Below, one piece after another: positions 24,221-37,870 of a stretch of DNA of 64,000 bases. The notes under the pieces were generated by a model. It was not told the DNA's origin and ran no database searches. It saw only the letters and a program-made list of their open reading frames with translations. Positions within the stretch are counted from its first letter, which is position 1; each line of letters begins with the position of its first letter. This DNA is from Callorhinchus milii (Eukaryota), in assembly GCF_018977255.1 (NCBI RefSeq), contig NW_024704743.1:71054001-71118000 (forward strand). The letters are read 5' to 3'. The position numbers and the translations under genes are program-made.

Positions 24221-27200
24221 ACATGTTAGGGGAAATATTTAAACTTATGAAACGTTTTTTTTCGTTTCTAGGATATATTCAAAAAGTCAAATACATTACA
24301 CATACATTTCTTAGTTCTAGCATTGAACTCTCAATTACACTGAATCAATTGACAGGCTATCTGCCCTGCGTTGCACAATCAGAGCTAAATCCATTGCTGG
24401 CTGACAAAGGATATGTAGTTGAAAGGCTATATAATTGGCAAAGAGAGGAAATCAGAGATACGTTTTGAGTAACTTTTGTACCACGGGATTCTTTCAATCT
24501 ACAATGAGATTTGCATATCAGTGTTCCATGCTCCTTTCTTCTCTCGGTGAATTGCTGTTGAATATTTTCTAGTGTTTCTGCAAGGGGTGCTTTCATGTGG
24601 AAATATTCATGAGCGTTGTCCAGTTTTTGCATTCAGCTTAAATGGTTGACGATAATAAATGGCCTTCATTTTCGTTACATCTATTGGTAGTAAATTATTC
24701 TATTCAACATTTGTAAGATTGAATAGATTTAGTTAAACTTTGTCATTTTAATGAGGTTTTTTATTTCAGCCAATTTTGTTTAGCAGCAATTTTCCACAGG
24801 ACAGAGGTGCTTTACTTTGAGCACAATGGAAGATATTCAGCAATAAATGAACCACTTTGTTTGAAATCAGTTTACTTTACAATATGTCCACTTCTAAGCC
24901 ACAGTTAAATGCAAAAAAAAAGCTGACAATTCTGATTATTGCATTTAACACTTTAGGAGCAACAACATTTAACAAAGGTGTAACATTTTCCTTTATTTCC
25001 TTGTGAAACAGCTTGTGACAAAATTCACTGTGCTTGTTGTCTCCAAGGTAAATGTTCTGAAGCTGTTTAGTATATTGTGGAGTGGCTTGCTGCTTTCACA
25101 GGATGTTGGTCAGGCAGTGGTTGGAGTACCGTATCACTCTGAGAAAGCTACAGTGATCCTATGACTTAGGAAATCAATTTTCTTACAGCAACTATTTAGA
25201 GAACTCCAGTCTTCCCCACATCCTTACCTGCGCTAAGCTTCACTTGCCCATTACCCTTGTCCTTGCTAGGGTTCACTAGCTTCCTGACTCCCAGTGTATC
25301 GCCCCAGTGAGTCTTTCCCAAGTCTCACACTCCTGCCTTGCTCCCCTAGACTCGTCAGGCTCAGCCTTTTTTTGCACATTTCTTGTCCCTACTGCTCCGC
25401 AGTCAGTGGCTTAGCCTTCAGTCATTCCCTGAAACTTCCCTATATCCTACGGTCTTATGTCTCTATATAAATCTTGAAGTCTCTTAGAAACTTATCTTTT
25501 TGACTGTGTCTGTGGCTACCTTCCTCCTTTCACTTCCCTTGCCCTTTCTTCTCAGTATATGTGAAAGATGTAAATACAAGTTGTTAGATTCTAATGCAAG
25601 CCAATATACCTGTGCAATGGTTGATTCACAGGTGAATGATTCCTAGGAAATGCTTGTAAACTGAATAATTTTGGGCCAGTTAATAGTGATTCAATTGCAC
25701 TTGAGTAGATATCAAGTAAAACTAGTTCGCTTATGAAAATTCCCCCCCCAAAAGGTGTAAACATTTATGCATTAAAATACAAAGATAAAATGGAGCAAAT
25801 TATATAATGTTCTCTGTATTTTCTCCCTAATTCCCTTTTCCCCCACTTGTTGCCTACAAAAATGGTCACTACTTTTGACAATAATTGTCTGCAAAGAGCT
25901 TCACAACATTTCAGTATTATAAGTACTATATTGAATGCTTTATTATTATCATTGTTATGCACCATTCCTCAGCTGAAATATTCTGATGGCTAATTATTCA
26001 GTCCTTTATGTCGTCTGACAGCTCTGAGAGGTGCACAAGAGGGTAAGTGACTCTTTCACTGATTTATTATTAATTCCCTCGGGTTTCTATGCCTCTTCAT
26101 GACTTTCTTTCAGGTGCTGTATGTTGATGCTTCTCCTACCACCTCAAAAATAGGAGTTTTTNAAAAATTATCCCAAAGCTTGCAAGATTGACCAGCTGAG
26201 ATGTTAGGAAGGAGATAAAGGAAACACTGGCTTAAATCTGCCAAAAAATTTGGAAACAAATTGTGCGAAAGGACAAATTGCACACATGCAATTATATCTA
26301 TTTGGAAAAAGGGAGAGAAGATAGTCAAATAATCACAGGATGACTATAAAGTGAAGGAAAAGAGACACTACCGATTCACTGGAATGTTGCAAGGTATGAG
26401 TTTTTGTTACGAGGAGAGACTTAGACAACAGAGTTTTTGCATTGGATCTGAGAATGTTTGATAGTCTTTCAAGATTATGCAGGGTAAATAATAATAATCA
26501 TTCCACAAAAACAATTCTACTGTTGATTATCAGAGTTTATAATAATCCTTGCGTTAGATATAGCACCTTTCATGTCAGGAGGACATTTCAAAGTGCTTCA
26601 CAGGAATTTCCAACCATGCATTGCTCCTCCAACAACAACAACAAAATTATATTTATAGAGCGCCTTTCACATCGGGAGGACGTCCCAAAGCGCTGAACAG
26701 TCAGGTGTCGGGGCCCAAGCATGGGGGAGTGGTGGTGTAGGGGCACTCCAGAACTGTATTGGAGTGTCGGTGAGGCCATGAGTTCAAAGTCCCGATGTTG
26801 GGCTTCAACCGACAACCTTCTCACACGGAGATGAGTGCTACCAACTGAGCCAGGCTGTTGCTTAATTTTCATAATAGATCCATTGGTTCATAAATCAGTA
26901 TTGCGAGGGCATCAATTACAAGTAGCCGCAAAAGGGAGTTTGGATAGAAATATAGTTTTATCATCCAGAATGAATGAAATTCATGCTGAATGATCACGGT
27001 CTGAATCTCAGAGGAGGAAAGTGAAGAGACCTTTTTGATTAAACTACGTAGAGGGCAGTAAATATTTAGAGCAGTTTGCACAGGGAGGTAGTGGAGGCAG
27101 ACGTTGTTGACAGGTTTCAAAGAGAATTAATATGTTTACGATGGAGGTGGGAATTGGGGGATATGGGACAGACCAGTGACATTTAGAAAATGGGATCAAC

Positions 27201-27264
27201 CAGACTGATCGATTTGGTTCTTTTCAGGTTTTTGAGATTTTATGTACAAGAACAAGGTTGCTTC

Positions 27265-28180
27265 TCAAACTGTTTCATCTCCACAAACGGTTTCTCCTCT
27301 AGCCCCCGTACCGTCTCGTGTGGTGTTCCTCAGGGCTCTGTCCTTGGTCCCCTCCTCTTCACTATCTATATGCTTCCTCTTGGTGACATCATTTGCAGAC
27401 ATGGGGTCAACTTCCACATGTATGCGGATGACACCCAACTCTATCTCTCTGCCTCCACTCTTGACTCAGGACCACTGCTGTCCTGTCAGAATGTCTGTCA
27501 GACATCAAGTCCTGGAAGAGAGCTAACTTTCTTCAGTTGAACGTCAACAAGACTGAGGCTCTCCTGATCGGCTCCCGTCAGCGCCTCCTCACCTCAGGCA
27601 TTGACAGCATCACCTGCTTGTCCCTGCTTGTCCTGCCTTGCTAACTCTTCCCTCCACAAGCTGCAGATCATCCAGATGACCTGTTCATCTGCATGTCTTG
27701 CCCTCTCCTGAACCAGGCTCCGTGACATCATCACCCCCACCCTCGCCCAACTCCACTGGCTCCCCATCCCTCAGAGAATAGAATTCAAAATCCTCATCCT
27801 TGCCTTCACGGCCCTCCACGGCCTTGGTCCTAGCTACCTCTGTGACCTGCTAACCCCATATCAACCTGTCCGCTCCCTCTGCTCAGCAGGCTCTGGCCTG
27901 CTCCGCATCCCCTGCCCAGCCGGCTCCACCATCAGCTGCCGGGCCTTCTCCCCCCACCCTATGGAACTCCATCCCACATTCTGTTCGCCTCTCTCCCTCC
28001 CTTGCTTCCTTCAAGACGCATCTCAAAACCCTCCTCTTCGACCAAGTCTTCGGCCGCCCTGCCCTCCACCTTCCCCAATCCTAACCTCCAGCTTGGGTCC
28101 AAATCCCTGACTGTCCAGGCCTTGGGACGTTCTCCTGACGTGAAAACGCTGTACAAATGTAATTTTGTATTGTATTGTAC
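27265..28180 (+). mobile_element. L2 LINE 3' fragment with RT motifs and an internal deletion
   Basis: Encodes [41 protein letters not shown] and LHWLPIPQRIEFKIL; 3' hairpin and (TTGTA)n tail. Confidence 0.94.
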
Positions 28181-28549
28181 GAGCTCCTACAGAGCCTGTT
28201 AGTACAAAGAATCATTGTGTGTGGGCATTGTTTTAGTTCATGTAGTGTTCCTCTCTTTGATGTGATGTGCAGCCAAGTTGCAGAAGTTGACGTTAATGGT
28301 AGCAGCTAGAGCCAGTATTGCCACTAATAAAGATAGATATGTGCAGCCTTTTTTTAAAAAAAGATCTAAAAGTTCAGATAACGTGTTTGGTACTTAAAAT
28401 TCACTCGGATTGGTGGATTCTTCCTCTGTTAATTTGCAGGCGCAACTTCTTTCCGACATGAAGAGTGCTATACAAGTGCAAGTTGTTCTTGCTGTTAAAC
28501 CATTATTTCGCTCTCTGAGTTATATAAACACAATATTAAACAATAATAG

Positions 28550-28856
28550 GTGTAAGTCTGGCTTAGTTGGAAGCACTCATCTCTGAGTTAGAAGTTGTGT
28601 GTACATACCCCACATCAGGACCTTGAATTTACAGTTGAGACTGATACTCCAAAACAGTACTGAGGTGCACCGCATTGTTAGAGGTACCATCTTTGGGAAG
28701 ATGGTTAAATTGAGAGCCCGTTTGCCTGTTGAGGGGGAGGTTAAAGATCGCCCTACAAAATACAGAGTCACTACACTTTGTAATGTATTCTGTGAAGCGC
28801 TTTGAGAAATCTCAAAGACGTGATAGGGCATTATATAAAATGCAAGGATTATTATT
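28550..28856 (+). mobile_element. Deu-domain SINE with internal deletion
   Basis: Head gtctggcttagttggaagcactc, then gaggtaccatctttgggaagatggttaaattgag, and tail aaatgcaaggattattatt. Confidence 0.78.
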
Positions 28857-29289
28857 TTACCTGCATCGTTCAGCCAGCACTGGGGCGACTCAGTGACCTC
28901 TCGTGATGTGCGGCTGGTACCACGGGAAAGCTCGCCCTCAGCCAGCCACATGGCAGCTGTTTTGACTGTTGTAGAAAGATCTCTGTGAATAGAAATGTTA
29001 GACCTTGCCTTCTGTGAGGCTCTGCCTGACTGTTAAAGTCTCAGTGATTCAGGTTATTAAAATGGGCAAAATGAACAAAACGTGTTTTTATAGACACGTG
29101 CCTATATATAAACTTATACTGTACTTAAATTAAAATGAGTTTTAACAAATAAACTGACAGATGTGGGGGTCTGGCTGCTCTGTCACATTGACAGCTGCTC
29201 ACTCTGTGCAGGTGAATGTTTGTTGGTGTAGGTCCTCCTGGTCATAGCGCCCCCCCCAGTGGCCCTGGAGGACTAACATACATAGTCAC

Positions 29290-30200
29290 CCAGGATACAG
29301 AGTCACTCAGCTCTTTTCCCTTGGAGTGACAATATATCAGGTGTCTACTGGAGCTTGCTTACATTTATATCATTGGTGCCTCATTTATTTAGAAGATCGC
29401 TTCTCTCAATATTCTTCACTAATATGTTCCCACCTTTGGGAGCCGAATCATAACTTTAAGCTCTTAAGTCCTGGAATCATCTTCATTATTCTTCTCTGAA
29501 CAATCTCTAGAACTTCAGTTTCCCCTTTAATGTAGGATGCCTCAAATTGCATATAGTGGAGGTTTTGGCGTCTATTTGTTGCTGATCAACCTAAACAATG
29601 ATCTTTTTGCTAATGAATTATTACTATCATTAACATGTAGCAAAAAGATCCCTATTTTTAGGATGAAGTATAAAACATGCCTCAATATTTCCAATATAGC
29701 CTGATCACTGTTTATCTAATTAGAATAAAAGCTTTTAACATAGTCAAGGTTCCTTAAAGTTCAATCTAATATTTGAGTGCCTGTGTTGACAGCAACTTCA
29801 CATTGACTGAAACCTTCAGCAAGTAATTGTTAATTAAATGCAAATCTTCTTACCCTCTGCTATTAGATGGTCCTTCAACATGTAAACATACTTCTAGTGT
29901 TTTATTCCAATATGCATTACCTTACATTTATCTACATTAAAACTCATCTGCCACTAATGGGCTCAGATCTTGTCACATGGTATTGATCCTTGTACTGTTG
30001 TTCATTTAAAATTAACTGACATCTGATCTGTCATCTTCAAAACCACTGACCCCACAATTTGGAATAAATTAGCAAATGTTCTTATACATAAAGTACTGTT
30101 CTCCAGAAAACCCACAACAGATCCCTTCTGGAACGCTGCCTGTCAATATCCACACAGAGAGCTTGTTCCATTCCATTATCATCACTGTTTTCTTCCAGTT
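29290..30200 (-). mobile_element. Highly decayed CR1 LINE RT/3' region
   Basis: Contains tgcattaccttacatttatctacattaaaactcatctgcca, the reverse complement of the CR1 WQMxFNVDKCKVMH-type motif. Confidence 0.65.
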
Positions 30201-33200
30201 ACAGCACTAAGCATTGAAAATATATTGTAGAGGTATGTAAGACGCTAAATGGACTGGGGAAAGTGAGCCCAGAACAATATTTTTAGATACGCCAAGGAAG
30301 ACAAGTTAATAGGGCACAGGCTCACAGTTGTGAAGAGTAATTTTAGGATCAATACCAGGAAGTATATTTTTACACCGGAGGATCAGCTCTGGAATTGGTT
30401 ACCAAGAAGGATAGTAGAGGCCAGACTGGACTTGTATAAGAAACTGTTGACGCTGTAATGGAGTGACGGTGAGGTGGGTGTTCTGGAAAGGTGAAATCTA
30501 AAAGGCCACAAGACTGTCTTCAGCTGTATTGGGCTTGTAAAACATTTTTAAACAAGTACTACTGGATCTGGAGTTTGGCAACACACTTACCAATAAACTG
30601 CATTTTTTTCCCCAAATGAAAGGTTCAATAATGCTTGTAACTTTGTCCATCTGAAAGACGAAAAATTGCAATAAAATACAGCAGTTAACTAGGTATTTAT
30701 TTAAAGTTCTATAATGCTGTTTGACCACAGAAGAAAATAAATGCTATTTATACTACCCTCTAGGCAGCTAATTCTGTTCACCGAGAGACATGATTTGGAA
30801 GGAGACATGACATATGTGTCTAAAAGTTTCAACAATGTTTTTCACTTTGAACAGAGGCTACTCTAGTAATTCCTGCTTTATGACAACCATCACACTTTTA
30901 TGACCTGAGATGTTTAACTGTCAGTTTAACTGACTACTTTTTTTTCAACCTAACAAATTTGGGATTTAATAAGCCTCATTCCTCCAGATAGAATGGGTCA
31001 TTTACTTCATAACTGTTTGTGGACATTGTTGTTTGCAAATTGGCCACTGTGTTCACCTCCAAATACACAGCCACTATACTTTACAGAAAACACTGTGAAG
31101 CACTTTGAGAAGTTTTGGCATAATAGGTGCAAAATCGAATGCAAGGGTTATTAAAAATTCTGTTTTTACTATCAAAACCTGAATTTATGGGAGGAGGAAA
31201 GGTTTTCTGCACACTGCAGTATGTAATGGAAAACAGACCATAATTTTCAAAATCTTGTACTCAAGGGATGAAATTATACGCAATCTGTCATGATCTGGTA
31301 AGGTTTGTTTTCCATCTACAAAGAAGGAATTGTTATCAGAAATTAACTTGCTTGTTGTAAATTACCCTGAACCATTTTCTTTTAAGTTCGTAACTTATCG
31401 AGCACACTACAGTTTTTTAATATGCTGATATTTGAGAGTAACACTTAACTGGCGCAAGATCACCTTGGGTCATAAAGTTAACTGTTTGTATAAGGGAAAA
31501 CCAGTTGAAAACATTTCGAATACATTTTCAGTGGTGAGTCACCATTCCACGGGGAATAGCAGGTGGTTGGTGATTTGTACCTTTGCTTAAAAGCAATTTT
31601 GATTAAAGTTTATATAAAAGAAAATGTACATTCACTGCACTTTACAGTAAATCTTGTGAAGCTCTTTGAGAAATCCTCCAAAATGAAAGGCGCTGTGGCA
31701 AGTGTTTGTATTGTTATAAGTGGAGCCCAGAATGAATTACCAGGCTGAAGTTCCAGAGAACAGTTTCAGGAAATTAATTTTAACTTTGGTAAAATGATAT
31801 AACACAGGGAAGGAAATCTTGTACTGTGTTGATATTGCTGGGAGCAAAGGCATTTTGATATGTATAACAATGTGGGGTGGGGCACCTGATGCCTTCTGAT
31901 CCATATCCCATTGCTTTGGGCTGTAATAAAACGCCACCCAGCTTGATGATCTGTGATTCACCACCACATGCGGCTTTAAAAAAAGTTTAGGAAAAGACAT
32001 GAAGATCAAGCCCCTTATATACGATACCAGAGATTTACAAAGCTATTACCTGACGAAGAAGAGCTATGATTTTTGACTTTGAGAGAGAGAGAGACCAGTT
32101 TTATCATTGCTTTATTGCAATAAAGGAAGGGGTGGCCAAAGTTATCTTTCTCCCCATATTTCTGTCGCCAATTCCCTGGTGACACTTACAGTATAGTGCA
32201 TGTTACAAAGTGTTGTGCTTGCTAATAACTTAGGATCACATGATGATGGAAGGTTACTACAACCTTTTCTAACGTTGTTAAAACATTTAAAACCCTCATG
32301 TGACTGGCTGATAAGTGTCAAGGTTGATGTTGCAGTAAATTAACAGGATCATTCTGTACAGAGTGGAACTGGCTCNAAAAAAATGCCTGATTGTGCAGAT
32401 ACATTGTTACAGTGAAAGTAATTGGAATAATTACATTATTATTCGGTCAAATGTTTTAACAGGAATGCTGTTCGGAGATGACAAACTGCTTTACCTTGAA
32501 GGCCATTTCCCCTTCTTCCTAGAGGGACAATCTACCCCGATGGTGGAACAGATCAAGCGGGGTACATGAAGCTGAGTGGTGTTCACTGGCCCAGGCATTC
32601 AAGGGCTATCATCTGTGAACTGAATGAATCTCTTAAAAACATTTATTTCTGTTCAACTACAGGAAACCGTTAGCCTCATAATTGCAGTAATTTTGCAGGT
32701 TTGTTTGAGGTCAGAATTGCAACCTGAAGGTGCCGAACCTGAAGAATCCAACCTCCTTTGGATTAATCAGCTTTTGCAATCGCTGCTTGAATCAATGCTG
32801 AGAATGCAGTAACTTCAAACTCAGCTGACCATTTACCATAATTGAACTTGAACTTGCTGCATTCTCTATTTATTCAAGCTGTCAGAAAGTAGGAAAGGTT
32901 CCAGGCTTGTTGTGACTTAATTGTTTTTCTTTTCCCTTTTTGTAATGAAACCATCTCTAGGACTCAATTGGTAAATCTACTGTATTTTGAAAACAGCGAA
33001 GAATGTATACTCAAAGGGTTGATGAGATTAAAGTGTAAAATTATAGACTGTTAATCCTTCAAATTCCAGTGATAAATGGGAGTGGTTATTGCCAGGAACT
33101 TAAAACAAACGTCATACACAGCATTTCTTTTAAGAGTTTGCTTTTAACTAAAGTAACCTATAAAACTCAGTGAGGTATGATATTGACCCATAAGATGAAT

Positions 33201-34224
33201 GGCACAAGGATATCATGGTAATAAGGATGTGTTTATAAAGCCGTCGCTCACTAATATTATTCAGGTGTACATGAAGAGAAGCCATACTTCAGGTACCGAA
33301 GGGCTTCTACTGGGCAGTCTAACTGATACCACATTCAGACTGGCCCAAGATTTGTTTCAAAGACCTCCACAAAATTAATTTAGCCTCTTTCCCACTCTCG
33401 ACTGGGGAGGGAACAAGTCAGAGTCAGGGCTGGAGATGAGGGAATTCAGTTTCACTCAGAAGTGTCGCTGGAGAGTGGGAACTGAGCCTTTAAACACTGC
33501 ATCAAAAAGTTAAACTCCCTTTAACTGTCTTGTGTCCTGGCCTCTACTACCTTTCCTGGCCACCTGTTCCAGTTGTTGATTGCCCTCTGAGTAAAGAAAA
33601 ACTTCCTGGTATTTGTCATGAAATTGCCCTTTACAGCTCCAAACCTACATCCTCTTGTTTTTCTTCTGTCTTAGTTTGTCCTAGGGAAGTTCCATGAACA
33701 CTCAAACCTCTTGCAAGTTAGAGGTATTTTTGATTCGCAATTTCCAGTGCAGCCTTGCACATAATATTACTGCCAACTCACTTTGCTTCTATTACTTATG
33801 TATGGCTTTTATGTCCAGTTATCTGATTCTCCAGAAATTGCTAATCTGCTGAGTCACTTAGCCCCCGGTACACTGTATTTCACTTAATTGCAAGACATTT
33901 AATCAACGTTTCAGCTTATTCAAAGGCTTATCTTCTGGGGCACTTGGTTGTATTTTGTGCAACTTAGTTCTACTTAATGCAAAAGTAATTTTGGGATTAA
34001 TGCAATCATTTACAAAAAAAACAATTTGAGGTGACTTAATTCTTCTTAAAGCAAACACAATTTTCAGATCATTGCAACCATTTAAAGAAAACTATGTGAT
34101 ATAGACTTATTACGTCAAAGAGGCGGTTGCCCCTTGAGAGCTCCTTTGAAAAAAATATAACTGAAAAATCCTTAGATCAGTTCAGGTAGAAATAAGAGAA
34201 CGTTAAATTATTTTAATTCCAGGA

Positions 34225-35100
34225 ATTAAGTCCTTAATGAGAGCTAAGTTTCTTCAGTTGAATGTCAGCAAGACCGAGGCCCGCTTGATCGGCTCCCATC
34301 AGCGCCTCCACACCTCAGCCGCTGACAGCATCACCATCCATGGATGCACATTCCACCTCACTGAGCCAGTCTGGAACCTTGGCATCTTGTTTGACCCTCA
34401 ACTATCCTTTCTACCCCACATCCATGCCATGATCGGCTCTACCTTCTCCCACCTCCACAACATCGCCTGGCTCTGCCATTGCCTCATACTGCAGGCTGCC
34501 GAAACCCTCATACATCGAGGCTTGATTATGCAAACTCCCTGCTTGTCGGCCTCCCCAACTCCTCCCTCCATAGGCTGCAGATCATCCAGAACTCTGCAGC
34601 CCATGTCCTCTCCCGCACCAGGTTCTGTGACTCTGTCATCCCCATCCTCGTCTGACTTCACTGGCTTCCCATCACACAGAGGATATAGTTCAAGATCCTG
34701 CTCCTCACCTTCAAAGCCCTCCATGGCCTTGCTCCTCCCCTACCTCTGTGACCTCCTAACCCCCTGCCAACCTGCCCTCTCCCTCCACTCAGCGGGCTCT
34801 GACCTGCTTCATGTCCCCCGCCTCGCCTGCCCCACCATTGGTGGGCGTGCGTTCAGCCGCTCTGCCCCTACCCTCTGGAACTCCATCCCGCAGTCCCTCT
34901 GCCTCGCCCCCTCACTTGCCTCCTTCAAGACCTATCTCAAGATCCTCCTCCTCGTCCATGCCTTCGATCACACTCCTTCTCCCCCCTGCCCTCCACTCTC
35001 CCCGATCCCGACCCCCAGCTCGGGTCCGAAACACTGACCGTACAGGGTCTTAGGACTTTCTCTCAATGTGAAAGGCGCTATACAAGTGTAATTTTTTTAT
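34225..35100 (+). mobile_element. L2 LINE 3' fragment
   Basis: Encodes MRAKFLQLNVSKTE...VWNLGILFDPQLSFLPHI...GGRAFSRSAPTLWNSIP...FKTYLK; tail gtgaaaggcgctatacaagtg. Confidence 0.94.
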
Positions 35101-36069
35101 TGTTTTACAAAAAATATTTTTAAAAAAGTGACTTTTTGCTCCTTAAAGTTGAAGGTGTTAGTTTATCTTAATTGGTAACATTCTCACTTCACTTCTGGGT
35201 TAGAAAGTAACAGTATTGTTGTGTGCAAATTGACTGCTGAATTTGTTTAAAAAATACACAGTCACTACCCTTTCCAGTAAATCATATGAAGCACTCTGTG
35301 GCGTCCTTCAGATGTGAAATGAGCTGTACAAATGCAAGATTATTATTAGAATCAAGCCATATATTGGGGTTTGAGTGGACACTACTACTTTTCATCCACC
35401 ACACTTCTTCTACCTCCTGCCTCCTGTTATGAAGTAGCTCACAGATACTTGCATATATTGCTTATACGGTGAATGAAGAGAGTCACATAAGCAAAATACG
35501 GAAAAACCTTAATCAAAGGAGCAAAATATATTTATATTAATTAAATCAATGAAGGATATATCTTAATGCTGTCAGCCAATTTTACATCAAATGGCCCTAG
35601 GAATATCCTTAAAAGTGACAATGATTGGTTATGTTATTTTATGGAATGTAACAACCATGCCTTTTTTTCCCCTAGTATTTGTTTGAATGATTTGACAGCA
35701 ATAAGTCTGCATTCGCGTTTTTGCATTTGCATAAAAAATGAGTGAAGGCAACATTCCACAGTCTGGGGAATCTGTACAAGTTCTGATCAAAAAGGTGTCA
35801 AACTGTTTCCCCAACACTAAGTTGGGTTTAGTGACACAGTCCAATGCACTCTTGAGAACCTCATGTTGATGTGGCACGATGCCAGATTTAAATAATAAGA
35901 GAAAGCAACTACATAACATGCAGGTCATAAAGTGAATGAATGTGTTGGGTTTGCAAGCTGTTTAAATAGCACACCACGCTGCTACTGAGGTAGTTTTCCA
36001 GTTGCACAATAGAAAACTTTATTACAATGTAAACAAAACGAAAAAGCAAAATTATCTCATGGAATAAAT

Positions 36070-36430
36070 AAACCTTGCATTTGGCACAATGCCTTTCATT
36101 TTTGGAGGACATCTTAAGTGTTCATGGGATTTATTGTGCAGTGTAGTTACTGTGTATTTTGTTGGCAAATGCAAGAGTATTCTGCACATTGCCATGTCCA
36201 ACAAACAGTCATGAAGTGAATGACCTGGGAATTGTTGGCCAGGACACCAGAAGAACCTCGCTTCTCTATTCGAATAGTTCTGTGGGATCTTTAACGTCAA
36301 TCTGAACAGGTAGACCGCACCTCAATTTAACGTCTCATCTGAAGGATGGTACTTCCAACAATGCAGCATGCAATGCATTTGACGGGATTATCAGCCCTAG
36401 ATTATATCCATTCAAAATCGTGATGTGGAG
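36070..36430 (-). mobile_element. Deu-domain SINE
   Basis: Contains ttggccaggacaccag...gggatctttaacgtcaatctgaacagg...tttaacgtctcatctgaaggatggtacttcc. Confidence 0.85.
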
Positions 36431-37149
36431 ATTTTATGAGCGTGTTTTTCATATGGTTTATTTTACATAACCTTTCCATGTGTTCACCTGTATTTCGAGA
36501 GAGTGATAATAGGTGTAAGCCTGGTCAAGTGGTTAATGGTTGAAAAAGAGTAATTGCACTCCTCCAGAGACACAGGGACTGTGTAAACAGAGTTCAGCAT
36601 CATTCAATCCCTGCTCTGGATTTTGACTCTGTCCATATTAGCAGATGGGTAGAATGTTTATTTGCAATGTGTTAAGTGACAGGCTGGTGCAGCACCATGG
36701 ATAGCTGGAGGCATTGATTTTTACAGTGCCGTAGCAGTGCTAATCTACCATCAATGCTGCAGCGTCCATAGAACACTCACAATGCAATGAACCATCTTCT
36801 ATACAATACTGAGACTGGTCATACCTTGGTAGGGTTGTGTTTCCAATTGTCTTAGCTGATTTTTTGAACATCCATTTGTGATGACCCTTTTCTAATCTGC
36901 ACACACTTTGATTTTCAAACTGATTTAGAAACCTCGACTTTGAAATGTTTTGTAACTTCAAGGACATTTCACAAGATCACAAGACTGGGTTGGATGAAGA
37001 AAATGCTTCTGATTATTTGATTTTCACCTTCCTAAGATAATCACTCTATCATCTTTCCATTACATAACAATAATAATAATCCTTGCATTTGGTAGCTTCA
37101 TCACGTCAAAACGCTTCACAGAATATACTGTAAAGTGAATTGAATATAC

Positions 37150-37870
37150 ACCATTAAACTGCTTCTTAAATGAGTCCAGCTTCCTGTCTTCTACCATGTT
37201 CCCTAGTAACCTGTTTAAACTGCTAATTAGCTACAACGTAAAGAAGTACTTCTGATGTCTGCCCTAAAATTGGCCTTCATAAATCACAACCCAACATTTG
37301 GTGCAACAAAGCATTTTTTCTAGTATTACCTTCACTATTCAATTAAGCATCTTAGACACCTATATAAAATCTCCTCTAAGACGTATCCTTTAGAAATTGA
37401 AGCCTTAGCTTATCTCTTTATTCCTCATAGTTCTTCCCACTGAGGAACATTGTGTTAGTCTCTTTAATGCCTCTCGGCCCTGGATGATCCACTTCCGTTG
37501 TGGCAACAATAATTGTTTTGAAGACCTGGTGATTCATGGCCTTGAAATACCTCATCTGATATCTCGCCCCCAATTCATTATAGTACTCCAATGTGGCCTG
37601 GCCAGACAGCTTTCTAAGTTCAAGCATCGTCTCCAGAGATTTAAACTTAACTGTAGCCTAGCATTCCTGCTTGACTTCTGTATTGCTGCTTCACACTGTT
37701 TGAGTAAAGTGAGTTATCAGTTGATAAACTCCCTGAGGTCTTTTTCAATTTCCCCCGTGGAAAATTCTGTCGCATCAATACAGTACTGTGCCTCCTAATT
37801 TTTACTGCCTCTAGACAGAGACTTGCATTTATCTGTATTGAATTTGATTTGCTAGTGATCAGCCAGGTAT
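37150..37870 (-). mobile_element. Decayed CR1 LINE 3' ORF2
   Basis: Minus strand contains ggccacattggagtactat (RPHLEY-like) and a WxxKFNTDKCK-like segment near 37820-37855. Confidence 0.7.

Noticed and set aside
25085..25165. Acceptor-like tttcacag followed by DVGQAVVG, resembling VGQAV of CTNNAL1 exon 2
   Set aside because: The flanking residues do not match, the expected ITTLINHK start is missing, and the frame stops after about 20 codons.
29245..29264. TAGCG-C8-AGTGGCC, a CTCF-like motif on the minus strand
   Set aside because: The C run is two bases too long for the core spacing; it would fit only if this were a homopolymer error.
33900..33940. Hammerhead-like remnant on the minus strand (ccagaaga...gctgaaacgttg); also cctgacgaag at ~32049
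   Set aside because: The core is degenerate or incomplete and too short to support.
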